A stretch of 20,000 nt of DNA from an uncultured virus (IMG/VR IMGVR_UViG_3300008261_000015) (lineage: Duplodnaviria; Heunggongvirae; Uroviricota; Caudoviricetes), in the IMG/VR virus record IMGVR_UViG_3300008261_000015; one strand, 5' to 3'. A model generated the notes under the pieces. That model was given only the letters and a program-made list of their open reading frames with translations. It ran no database searches and had not been told where the DNA came from. A program made the translations under genes and the position numbers. Shown here in pieces: positions 7,479-15,694 of the stretch. Position 1 is the stretch's first letter, and each line of letters starts with the position of its first letter.

Positions 7479-7550
7479 AGCTCCCTCGAGGAATCGAACC
7501 CCGTTATTCTGAGTACAAATCAGACGCATCACCATTTATGCTTAGGGAGC
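7479..7550 (-). tRNA. tRNA-Thr (anticodon UGU), CCA not encoded
   Basis: Acceptor stem GCTCCCT/AGGGAGC; D arm GCAT-AAATGGTG-ATGC; anticodon arm TCTGA-TT(TGT)AC-TCAGA; T arm CGGGG-TTCGATT-CCTCG. Confidence 0.92.
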
Positions 7551-7614
7551 AGTGCTCGTCTTTCCGAGCCGTCAACATTTTAACACAAAAGCCACTGGAA
7601 AGCACTGGCGACTT
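7551..7614 (-). ncRNA. Candidate structured RNA in the tRNA 5' leader
   Basis: Two hairpins with complementary loop sequences (CTTTCC / GGAAAG); see findings. Confidence 0.45.
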
Positions 7615-7644
7615 AGTTTAACATAACCCAAAATGAAAACTTCA

Positions 7645-7806
7645 CTACTCATCATCAAAATCTGTAATAATATCTCTAAGGAGTCGTATAGCATGTTTGC
7701 ACTTCTTAATGGACTCCTCTTTATCGTGATCCATCATGAGTTCATACAACTCATCTATGCAATTGTGAAGTTCTTCAATACAGAAGATAATGTACGACTC
7801 TCTCAT
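7645..7806 (-). CDS. Hypothetical 53-aa acidic helical protein
   Basis: Hand translation MRESYIIFCIEELHNCIDELYELMMDHDKEESIKKCKHAIRLLRDIITDFDDE*; ATGA overlap with the upstream gene. Confidence 0.65.
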   Translation of the reverse strand: MRESYIIFCIEELHNCIDELYELMMDHDKEESIKKCKHAIRLLRDIITDFDDE

Positions 7807-8105
7807 GATATTTTTATATTATTTTCAAAATCTGAAAACTTTAACCCCCACACTAAAGCAACCATACCCATCTCTCTTTCAGCTCCAAATTTAGACATTC
7901 CGAGGTTTTTAATTAAATATTTTTCACCCCATTCTTTCCACCTTTCATTCTGATCCATCGTAATTGTCCAATCAGTATACCAATCGTCTCTCCTGTCTTT
8001 AATATCATCATGTGTAACTGAATGACCAGCAATCTCAAACATCTTATTGATTAAATCAATAATTGCTTTTTCTTTCTTTTCTTTAACGGTTAACCTTTTC
8101 CCCAT
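7803..8105 (-). CDS. Hypothetical Trp-rich protein (MGKRLTVKEKK...)
   Basis: ORF 7803..8129; the internal ATG at 8105 gives the smaller overlap with the upstream gene. Confidence 0.7.
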   Translation of the reverse strand: MGKRLTVKEKKEKAIIDLINKMFEIAGHSVTHDDIKDRRDDWYTDWTITMDQNERWKEWGEKYLIKNLGMSKFGAEREMGMVALVWGLKFSDFENNIKIS

Positions 8106-8337
8106 CGAAAACTTCGGCCTTACAGCCATGATCTTTTAGTTCCTTTATCCTATAATCTTGTAACACGGATGGCTTCTTACCAGGAACCTTGACTTCGTAG
8201 AACTCTACTGGACAACCTGGTGGTATGGCAACAACGTCAGGGATACCATTTTTGTTGGTCTTGATCAACTTGATTACGTAGTAACCCTGACTTTCTAGAC
8301 TCTTTATGAGTTTAGATTGTATTGCCTGCTCTCTCAT
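8083..8337 (-). CDS. VRR-NUC family (PD-(D/E)XK) nuclease / resolvase-like
   Basis: E..IQ..., GIPD, FYEVK, PSVLQ motifs; downstream of the SF2 helicase. Confidence 0.85.
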   Translation of the reverse strand: MREQAIQSKLIKSLESQGYYVIKLIKTNKNGIPDVVAIPPGCPVEFYEVKVPGKKPSVLQDYRIKELKDHGCKAEVFDGEKVNR

Positions 8338-8355
8338 ATTTCTCGAAATATAGAA

Positions 8356-8523
8356 CTATTCGGTAAAAAGAGAAACTAATGTTGAGAAAATTATCAGAAA
8401 ATTAACGCAGAAACACAAATAAACTATATATTTCATACTTTTTCTCCTGAATTCAAGTTCTAAAGTCACTTCATACAAGAAATAGTAGAAGAAAATTTGA
8501 CTAAGTGCTATGATTAAAATCAT
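8356..8523 (-). CDS. 55-aa protein with two hydrophobic segments
   Basis: Hand translation MILIIALSQIFFYYFLYEVTLELEFRRKSMKYIVYLCFCVNFLIIFSTLVSLFTE*; ATGA overlap with the helicase stop. Confidence 0.5.
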   Translation of the reverse strand: MILIIALSQIFFYYFLYEVTLELEFRRKSMKYIVYLCFCVNFLIIFSTLVSLFTE

Positions 8524-9743
8524 AAGAAATCTTTTTTAAAGTGTGACAACGTGTAATCTTTTTTCTTAGAGACAGCGTCATAAATTCTTTTCTCAATACC
8601 AACGTCAGAGAATACCCAGTACACACTACTACTCAATCGATCTATAGTAGTCATCCTGTCTCTGCTCTGCCAATAACTTGTGGCTGAGAAGTCGATGTTG
8701 AAATATACTAACGCTTCAGCATTTCTCAAAGAAATTCCCTCTCTACCAGATACAATTTGCAACGCAATGTTCTTATCTGTTGAATTAAACTCATCTAACT
8801 CAGTGGTCAATCTATCTTTGTAAACTGACTTGAGTAGATCCAACTCAGACTTGAACTTGTAAAAGATCCCAATCTTGGTACCCTTGAAGAAGTCAAAAAT
8901 GAAGTCAGCCTTCGAGAAGTCAGTGATCAAGTAAGCGCCATCTTCCGTCTTCACTGATCCAGACGCAATCTGATGGATCTTAGTCATGAGTTTAACCGAC
9001 GTGTCTCCAAGAACCACGTTGCCCTTCCCAAAATCCAAAACAAGATCTTTCTTTAACTTCTTCACTATCATGTGTGTCTCGTCAGACATCTTACAACTCA
9101 AGACAATCTCTGTCGTATTTACGACAAACCCTGCCTCCTTCTGAGTGTAATTAATCATGAAGGGTTTCATCTTATCTAGGATCTCATTCTTACCGTCAGA
9201 GTAATCGTTGACAGAGAAGCCGTTGATGATCTTAGAACTTACACGAACGTAGTCCTTAGCGAACTGGTAGAAGTTCTTGTAACTCCTAAACGGGTTTCCT
9301 TTTATCCCAAATACTTGATGATAGATCTGGGAGTAAGATTCTGGAGTAGGAGTACCGCTAAGAAGTATAACCTTTGAAGCCTTAGCAACGAGATCCTTAG
9401 AGAGTTTCGCTCTTCCACTTGGTTTAGGGAATGCTCCAAGACCATGAGCCTCGTCAAGTATAAGAACATCAAACCACTGGAACTCCCTCTTGTGTGCACT
9501 TTCATAATTAATTACCTCGATTAAATAGTCTGGAGATAAAGCCTCGTAGTCCTTTTGTACCGAAGAGATTGCTTTCTTCTTTGTCAAAAACAGAACCCTT
9601 TTCGGATTCAGCCTCTGACAGATACCAAGGCTCGTTAGAGTCTTCCCAGTACGAACTTCCATTGCTAGGTAGACAAATGTCTCCGTAGATAAGATGTTCA
9701 TCGACTGATCGATTATCTCTTGTTGATAGTCTCTGAATTTCAT
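8520..9743 (-). CDS. Superfamily 2 (SNF2-like phage) helicase
   Basis: Q-motif RDYQ, EVRTGKT (Walker A), LDEAH, LSGTP, GREGISL, QSRDR. Confidence 0.9.
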   Translation of the reverse strand: MKFRDYQQEIIDQSMNILSTETFVYLAMEVRTGKTLTSLGICQRLNPKRVLFLTKKKAISSVQKDYEALSPDYLIEVINYESAHKREFQWFDVLILDEAHGLGAFPKPSGRAKLSKDLVAKASKVILLSGTPTPESYSQIYHQVFGIKGNPFRSYKNFYQFAKDYVRVSSKIINGFSVNDYSDGKNEILDKMKPFMINYTQKEAGFVVNTTEIVLSCKMSDETHMIVKKLKKDLVLDFGKGNVVLGDTSVKLMTKIHQIASGSVKTEDGAYLITDFSKADFIFDFFKGTKIGIFYKFKSELDLLKSVYKDRLTTELDEFNSTDKNIALQIVSGREGISLRNAEALVYFNIDFSATSYWQSRDRMTTIDRLSSSVYWVFSDVGIEKRIYDAVSKKKDYTLSHFKKDFL

Positions 9744-9960
9744 TTTTGATTTTATTTAGTCGTGAACAGCACTCGTATTCTTCGATCGACTCCAGCACAC
9801 GTATGAGCCTGTCCAGATCCTCCGTGGAGGGATCTGAATCAGGATCATGTGCAAATGGAATCACGCTGTTTGGTTTATACACCATTAAATCATATAGACT
9901 CATAATTTTAGTAATAACTTTATATGAGTTCCAGACGGCTTCAGTTTCAAAATTTGTCAT
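9508..9960 (-). CDS. Hypothetical protein with an EEYECCSRL motif; long overlap into the helicase gene
   Basis: ATGA coupling to the primase stop. The first ~70 aa occupy the gap between primase and helicase. Confidence 0.6.
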   Translation of the reverse strand: MTNFETEAVWNSYKVITKIMSLYDLMVYKPNSVIPFAHDPDSDPSTEDLDRLIRVLESIEEYECCSRLNKIKNEIQRLSTRDNRSVDEHLIYGDICLPSNGSSYWEDSNEPWYLSEAESEKGSVFDKEESNLFGTKGLRGFISRLFNRGN

Positions 9961-12377
9961 AGTTCAAGTGTTTCTTGCTCATAAATTACAGACTTTTTTC
10001 TTAATCTAAACCATCTACCTCTAGTATCACGTCCTTCCTCTGGCGCCAGTCCTTCCTTGAAGTTAGCGTAAGCAACCAACCAGCGGTTGAATTCGATCCT
10101 AGATACCGCCCTCTTAGACCTTGGAGCAAAGTCAGAGTAGTCACCAACGAAGTCATCAAACAAGTCTGTCTTGTAGATCTTCTCCATGTTCATGAATCTA
10201 GTAAAAAGGTTAGAAGGGTTGTTATCGTTGATAAGCCCGCAGTACTCAACAAACTCGTGACAAGTCTCAGCAGAAAGCTGACGTATCTTAAGATTAACAA
10301 ACTTACTTCTAACCATACCATTTTCCATGTAGAACTGCAAACACTTAATCATGAACATATCGAACTGGCACCACTCATCATCATCCCAGTCTGAAAAGAA
10401 CATTCGACCAAACTCTTGGAAAGGAGTAAAGTCTTCTCTGTAGTGATTATGAAACTCTAACTCCCACTTACGTCTGGAGAATGAGTTACCTTTACCCTTA
10501 ATCGCGTAGTTCGTAGTGATTGCAATCTTTGGAGAGTTTTCATAAGGAATCTTGATAGCATCCTTATTTTTCTTTTCTAGGGTAATACCCTCTGTAATAT
10601 CTGAGAACAAAGACTCAAAGTCAAACCCCTTCTTGACGTCATCAAAGCATAGTATCTGGGTATCAGCAGACACGAGTTGATATGGGAAAGACTGAGTAAA
10701 ACTAAACTGCTTACCATTAATAGTTACAACCTTCTTGATCTTTGATATAGCCTTCATGTACAAACCCTTACCAGTACCACCCTCTGGGTTGTCGCTGATC
10801 AACTCATCGTTAAGGATCACAGCCATAGACTTGGATAAGTCCTTGTACTGGTGGAGGAGATAACCTGTTGTAGACCTTAAAGACTTGAACCTGTCATCAT
10901 CCTTAGCACAGATGTTGTACATAAACTTCTCGAAGTCACATCCTGTGTACTCGCAGTCAAGGTACATACGATCAATCACGTGATCCTTCCAAACGTAACC
11001 AGCAAGGTCGATGTAGTCGATGGCATCAACAGAATCCTTAGTTACCTTGACAGCGCAGTTCTTGTAGTAGATGTATGCCTCACTCGAAGTATCCTTAATG
11101 AATAGAACATCTACTGGAGACAGCAAGGTAAGGAAGTCCTCACTAAAGAACTTGGTCTTCTCAGCAAAGAAGTTATATACTGATTTGTTGTTTGACTTAA
11201 GCAAGTAATCCAATACAAAATCCTTGATCTCATCATCACTACTATTGCTTATCAAGTTGTTTACAACGCGCACGAATATGTGCTGAGTAGAACCAGAAGG
11301 GTAGTACTTAAAGAATCCATTGTCTTCAAGAAAGTTCTTGAACATGATTGGGATGATCTTTATTTGACCACTCTTAGGGTTTTCACTCCAGAAAAGTTCT
11401 GGCTTCTCTTCCTCCTCGATTTTTGAGATTATATCCTCAGCGTCCGCTCCAATCAGGCCGAAGGACTCCACCTGAAGGAGCAATTCTTTTTTTGAATCAC
11501 CTCTCCTAATACCATCTCTAACTAGATCAATACGTTCTCTATCCTCATAGAACTTAGTTCTAAACTTGTCCTTATTTCTATCGTAAGCGTTGTCTATGGT
11601 CTGATATATTTCCTTGAGAGTAAACCCTTCCTCGGCGTACTGGCTGAGCACAGATGATGCGAACGACTTAGGCACACCAAACTCATTGAATGCCATGGCA
11701 AGAGTGAACGCGGAGTTGTTTCTGTTACCCTCGTTCATTGGAAAGTTCTTCGTCCACCACTTGATAAGGATCTCTGCCACTTTGTTTTCATCAGTAATTG
11801 GAATGGTCGGAATTCCATCCCTTACCTCTGTGTAGTCATCTTCTAGTGTATCCTCCCACACAGAAGAATTCTCATTGATATATATCGTAGGATCGTAAGA
11901 CTCGTAGCATACACGAGACACGTTCTTAGAAGTTGTATCGAAGTGTGAGTTGTTGAAGAACTTACCAAGCGCGTTAAAATAATTCTTATGCTTAGACGCA
12001 TCAGCTGGTATCTTAACTAAAACCTTGAGCCCGTTGCCAGATGGTGAAACGAATACAGAGTACACGTACTTTGACTTACAGAAAAACTCCCTGTCATCGT
12101 ACATATCTGTACGCTTCTTATACTTGTCAAAATCTAAACATATTAAACCGCTATGCTCTACAAGAGAATCGTCATTCCTCTTATTGAACTTACCAGAGAA
12201 GCAAATTGCAGGAAGTTTTAACTTCAATTCATATTGCTCTTGCTGAGTGTCGCACTCTCTGATTTCTTTGATCAGATTCTTTGACGCTCCAGACCTAATC
12301 CTCTCTAGCACATAAGTGACGTCTCTATAGAAAGGTTGGTCAGTATTTTTCACGTGTGAAAAAACTGTAACTTGCAT
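9957..12377 (-). CDS. Primase-helicase: BT4734/VirE-N-like (AEP/PrimPol) N-terminal domain, primase C-terminal domain, and SF3/D5-like P-loop NTPase
   Basis: KLPAICFSGKF, HSGLICLDFD, FVSPSGNGLK, DTTSKNVSRVCYESYD; EGNRNNSAF; NPEGGTGKG (Walker A), CFDD (Walker B), ITTN. Confidence 0.85.
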   Translation of the reverse strand: MQVTVFSHVKNTDQPFYRDVTYVLERIRSGASKNLIKEIRECDTQQEQYELKLKLPAICFSGKFNKRNDDSLVEHSGLICLDFDKYKKRTDMYDDREFFCKSKYVYSVFVSPSGNGLKVLVKIPADASKHKNYFNALGKFFNNSHFDTTSKNVSRVCYESYDPTIYINENSSVWEDTLEDDYTEVRDGIPTIPITDENKVAEILIKWWTKNFPMNEGNRNNSAFTLAMAFNEFGVPKSFASSVLSQYAEEGFTLKEIYQTIDNAYDRNKDKFRTKFYEDRERIDLVRDGIRRGDSKKELLLQVESFGLIGADAEDIISKIEEEEKPELFWSENPKSGQIKIIPIMFKNFLEDNGFFKYYPSGSTQHIFVRVVNNLISNSSDDEIKDFVLDYLLKSNNKSVYNFFAEKTKFFSEDFLTLLSPVDVLFIKDTSSEAYIYYKNCAVKVTKDSVDAIDYIDLAGYVWKDHVIDRMYLDCEYTGCDFEKFMYNICAKDDDRFKSLRSTTGYLLHQYKDLSKSMAVILNDELISDNPEGGTGKGLYMKAISKIKKVVTINGKQFSFTQSFPYQLVSADTQILCFDDVKKGFDFESLFSDITEGITLEKKNKDAIKIPYENSPKIAITTNYAIKGKGNSFSRRKWELEFHNHYREDFTPFQEFGRMFFSDWDDDEWCQFDMFMIKCLQFYMENGMVRSKFVNLKIRQLSAETCHEFVEYCGLINDNNPSNLFTRFMNMEKIYKTDLFDDFVGDYSDFAPRSKRAVSRIEFNRWLVAYANFKEGLAPEEGRDTRGRWFRLRKKSVIYEQETLEL

Positions 12378-12533
12378 GACAACTTTTTTTGATGTAAATG
12401 ATTGATTTTCAGGGTAATGACAGAAATGCTCACTTTTTTTTCCTAATAAAAAAAAATAAAAAAAAGATCAATAAATAAAATCAAAAATAAATGGAGGGCA
12501 AATTCTTGTCATTCTTGTCATTTGCCCATCCAT
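12376..12533. other. Putative replication origin (iterons, A-tract core, hairpin)
   Basis: ATGACA x2 and TGTCAT x2 flank a nearly pure A/T tract; 13-bp stem hairpin; lies directly upstream of the primase gene. Confidence 0.5.
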
Positions 12534-12558
12534 TCATTTAAACTTAACTAACTGACTA

Positions 12559-12795
12559 TCAGAAGTCTACTGAATCATCCTTTGATTTACTACCAAAGTC
12601 GTTGAACTCAAAGTAGAATCTTCCATCCTTAGTTTGTTTCAGGTCGAAGTTCACCCAACCCTTTTGGTTTTTCTTTTGATCTGCCCACTTTGAGAATGGC
12701 TCAACCTCAAGTGATAGGGTTGATAGTATCCAATCTGGTGCTTTTGGATTTTTTTCGAATCTAAATCCATCTGGTTTTTTTGGTTTTTCACTCAT
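12559..12795 (-). CDS. Probable single-stranded DNA-binding protein
   Basis: Small and aromatic-rich (KAPDW, KGWVNFDLK, FYFEFND) with acidic tail DDSVDF; follows the ERF and RecE-like genes. Confidence 0.6.
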   Translation of the reverse strand: MSEKPKKPDGFRFEKNPKAPDWILSTLSLEVEPFSKWADQKKNQKGWVNFDLKQTKDGRFYFEFNDFGSKSKDDSVDF

Positions 12796-13520
12796 AACGT
12801 TTGATTTAAATAAAATTTATTGGGGTTTAAAGATTTATTTTCTCCAAAGAACAACTCGTAGTTCTCACAGGCAGACTTTACTTTGTAGTATCCTCTCTCC
12901 AGAAACTCGTCTGAACAATTGAAGACTGCCAAATTACAGGTTTCTTTTTCAACTACAAAAAACTTTAGTTTTCTTCCGAATATTTCTTGGTAGATGTACG
13001 CTTGGCTATCGTAGTTGTACTTGTTTGCTGACCACTTGAAGTCCTTGATTGAACTGGTGGTCTTTAGATCGATCACGAAGTTGTCAGACACGATGTCTGC
13101 CTTACCCTTCCATGGCAATCCGAAGATCGTGGTGGTACCTGCTGACTCATACTCGTTACCAAATTGGTAGATCTCGTTATAGAAATCATCATTAGTCTTC
13201 ATGGTTTCAACCATGTCCTTTACTTGATCAGCCTCAGACTGCAATAGGGCTATCTCTAGGCCACGTTCTTCAACGAACTCCTTGTACACCTTGGTAGTTC
13301 TAGTGGACGCGTCTATCACCATTGAATTGAACTCCTCGACTCTGTCTGGTTCAATCATTAGCGCGTGGAACAAAGACCCAGCAAGCATGTCCTTGGTGGT
13401 CTCCTTGTCTTGCTTGAACGCCTTCGGGTTGTAAAGTAAGGCATCGATGTCTGAGTTGGAAAGGTAAGCCTTGCCTACCTCTCCGTAATAGATCTTAGGA
13501 TCGTTGAGATTTGAACTCAT
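12792..13520 (-). CDS. RecE/exonuclease VIII-like PD-(D/E)XK nuclease (DUF3799-like)
   Basis: LSNSDI, GSLFHALMIEP, KGKADIV, IDLKTT, YNYDSQAYIYQ, FFVVEK. Confidence 0.85.
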   Translation of the reverse strand: MSSNLNDPKIYYGEVGKAYLSNSDIDALLYNPKAFKQDKETTKDMLAGSLFHALMIEPDRVEEFNSMVIDASTRTTKVYKEFVEERGLEIALLQSEADQVKDMVETMKTNDDFYNEIYQFGNEYESAGTTTIFGLPWKGKADIVSDNFVIDLKTTSSIKDFKWSANKYNYDSQAYIYQEIFGRKLKFFVVEKETCNLAVFNCSDEFLERGYYKVKSACENYELFFGENKSLNPNKFYLNQTL

Positions 13521-14091
13521 TTTCTATTCTTGTTTTAGTTTCTGGATTGATTGAATACTTGGTGGAGATTCTCTTGACGATCTCAGTCAAGCCTAGTTCT
13601 TTGTTGTTTTGTATCATGTCGACAACATTCACCCACTTGTCTTCTGGAAGTTCTGGAAGTGTTACAACCTTGGCAGGCTTAGGCTCTACGTAGATTGGCT
13701 TCTTGTCTGAATGATCATTACTTGCATCTGGATCTAAATAACTATCATCGATGAGGAGGAGGCCTGAAAGCGCATACTTCCGAGCATACGAGGAGGACGC
13801 TCCGAAGGACTGCCCTACATCCATACCCTTTCTATTGACATCTATTCCCGCTTGAGCGGTCACTGATCTCCCCTCCAACTCTTTCTGAATTGATACGGTA
13901 GACTCAATAAATACTAGGCCACCCACTTCTTTAACTTCGTCATGAATGGTCAAGGTGCACCCGTACTTTAAAAGTAAAGGCTTAAGCGCCTCAAGGATGT
14001 CCTCACATGATCTGTACTTGTACTTACCAAATGAGTTGAACTGACTCTTTGGCGCCTTAAGTTCTGATTGGATTTGAATTAGTTCTTTCAT
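13495..14091 (-). CDS. erf: ERF-family single-strand annealing recombinase
   Basis: IQSELKAPKSQFNSFGKYKYRSCEDILEALKP and GQSFGASSSYARKYAL...DD.DPD. Confidence 0.9.
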   Translation of the reverse strand: MKELIQIQSELKAPKSQFNSFGKYKYRSCEDILEALKPLLLKYGCTLTIHDEVKEVGGLVFIESTVSIQKELEGRSVTAQAGIDVNRKGMDVGQSFGASSSYARKYALSGLLLIDDSYLDPDASNDHSDKKPIYVEPKPAKVVTLPELPEDKWVNVVDMIQNNKELGLTEIVKRISTKYSINPETKTRIENEFKSQRS

Positions 14092-14435
14092 TTGCTATTT
14101 AGTTTAATATATCTGTCAATAAGTTTCTTCTTGTTTACGTAACGCTTCCACATTCTCTTGTCATCCTTCTTTGGTGACGGCTCTTTACTAAGTAGTAGTA
14201 AGTTGTATTGAAACATCACACTCTCATAGTCATCATACCCAGATTTCAAAGCGAACTCCTTCGTGTAGTCAGCACCCAAGTATTCAGTCATGACACCATA
14301 GAACATGGTTCTAGGAGTTTCTAATGTGTCTTCAAACCTAGTGTTAGCATTCAAAGATTTACCCTCTCTGGAGAATGCAAAGTTTGCTTTTACGGCCTTT
14401 TGTAGTAGGTATACAAATTGTTCTTCACTTGTCAT
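14088..14435 (-). CDS. Hypothetical protein (115 aa)
   Basis: ORF track; ATGA coupling to erf. Confidence 0.7.
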   Translation of the reverse strand: MTSEEQFVYLLQKAVKANFAFSREGKSLNANTRFEDTLETPRTMFYGVMTEYLGADYTKEFALKSGYDDYESVMFQYNLLLLSKEPSPKKDDKRMWKRYVNKKKLIDRYIKLNSK

Positions 14436-14670
14436 AAATTAAATTGTCTTTAGTTGGATACAGGTCGTAGTCAACCCTCTCCTTGTTTAAAATGATTTCG
14501 ATTTCAGTTTTTCTTTTTCTTTTATTTAATAAGTCAATCTGCTTTTGTATCAACTTCTTATCGATGAATGTACCCATGCCGTGATCTTGCCACGGCAATG
14601 GGTATCCATTGTCATCAAAGAACCTCCTCCTTATTGAGTAGTTTGGCTTTGATACAACTTGCTTTTTCAT
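14425..14670 (-). CDS. Hypothetical protein (81 aa)
   Basis: ORF track; overlapping operon arrangement. Confidence 0.7.
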   Translation of the reverse strand: MKKQVVSKPNYSIRRRFFDDNGYPLPWQDHGMGTFIDKKLIQKQIDLLNKRKRKTEIEIILNKERVDYDLYPTKDNLIYDK

Positions 14671-14795
14671 TTTAGTGGTTTTCTAGATTCTTTGAAGATA
14701 TGTTGGAATGTCTCATTGAAACTATAGTTTGATCTGATAGTACTTCTCACACCCTTTGGCGCAAGGTCATTTGGTCTCTTGATTTGATCTTTCAT
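14667..14795 (-). CDS. Hypothetical 42-aa protein
   Basis: Hand translation MKDQIKRPNDLAPKGVRSTIRSNYSFNETFQHIFKESRKPLK*; ATGA overlaps at both ends. Confidence 0.6.
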   Translation of the reverse strand: MKDQIKRPNDLAPKGVRSTIRSNYSFNETFQHIFKESRKPLK

Positions 14796-14983
14796 CTGAA
14801 GTTTTCTTTTGCTTTTCGTAATGCTTCTAACTCTGTGTCAGCGGATCCGCTGTCGTATGCCCATCCATCGGTAAACCAATAAACCCAGTCACCAGACTTG
14901 GATTGGAAAACGCCCACGGATTTTTTAGGTATGTCCATGTTGTAGAACATTTTTTTTGCTTGGTCGCCGATGTACACATTCAT
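14792..14983 (-). CDS. Hypothetical protein (63 aa)
   Basis: ORF track; ATGA coupling. Confidence 0.7.
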   Translation of the reverse strand: MNVYIGDQAKKMFYNMDIPKKSVGVFQSKSGDWVYWFTDGWAYDSGSADTELEALRKAKENFR

Positions 14984-15189
14984 AGTTCGTATGCTTGCTG
15001 AACGATTTTATCTAACTTACTAATCAACTCATCCTCTGGAGAATCTAAGTACAATGTGTCCGTGGATACGCAATCAGAAGTTCTGAATATACTTACACCC
15101 ATGGTGTGTACACTGAAACTATAATGGTGACCTAACTCAAGCGCTAAGTCAAGCAAGGTGTGTGCGATCGATTTCTGTAGTCTCGTCAT
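14980..15189 (-). CDS. Hypothetical protein (69 aa)
   Basis: ORF track; ATGA coupling. Confidence 0.7.
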   Translation of the reverse strand: MTRLQKSIAHTLLDLALELGHHYSFSVHTMGVSIFRTSDCVSTDTLYLDSPEDELISKLDKIVQQAYEL

Positions 15190-15479
15190 TCTTTTACAAA
15201 TTTTCCGTCAATTAACTTACCCTTTCTTTCTTTAATTACATTGTAGGCCGACTCAACACACTCCGTGAAGTCTAGTCCTTGCATTCTGGCTTGGATCACC
15301 AGAGTTACCACAATGTCACCGATCGCGTCTACGACCTCTGGTCGATCATTCTTAGTTACCGCGTCAAGGAGTTCAAAGCACTCCTCCATGGTCTTCTCTG
15401 CTTGTTTCCTTGGCGTTGATCCTGCAATGATGTTGCGATCCTCTGCCCATTGTTCGATTTTCTCAATTATATTCTGCAT
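15186..15479 (-). CDS. MazG-like nucleotide pyrophosphohydrolase
   Basis: QWAEDRNI...KTMEECFEL...DAIGDIVVTL...AYNVIKERKGKLIDGKFVKE (EExxEL / DAIGD metal-binding motif). Confidence 0.88.
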   Translation of the reverse strand: MQNIIEKIEQWAEDRNIIAGSTPRKQAEKTMEECFELLDAVTKNDRPEVVDAIGDIVVTLVIQARMQGLDFTECVESAYNVIKERKGKLIDGKFVKE

Positions 15480-15694
15480 ATTTTTGCTAAACTGGTTTCT
15501 TTAATGTTATACTTGTTTGAAATTTCTACTGCCTTCTCAAGGTGCATGTCATAAAACTTTTTCCACCCAGCGTTCAATATAATTCCTTGATCTTTGGATT
15601 CCTTCTGGACTTGCTTTTTAAAAGCCAGATACTCCTTTGTTGCTTCCTCCACCCTAGTGCAGTACGCGTCCAAACTTTCTTCTTTCACTATCAT
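15467..15694 (-). CDS. Hypothetical protein (75 aa)
   Basis: ORF track; overlaps the MazG-like start. Confidence 0.65.
   Translation of the reverse strand: MIVKEESLDAYCTRVEEATKEYLAFKKQVQKESKDQGIILNAGWKKFYDMHLEKAVEISNKYNIKETSLAKICRI

Noticed and set aside
7160..7953. Plus-strand ORFs 7160-7360, 7215-7397, 7388-7621 and 7633-7953
   Set aside because: They lie mostly antisense to the tRNA and to better-supported coupled minus-strand ORFs.
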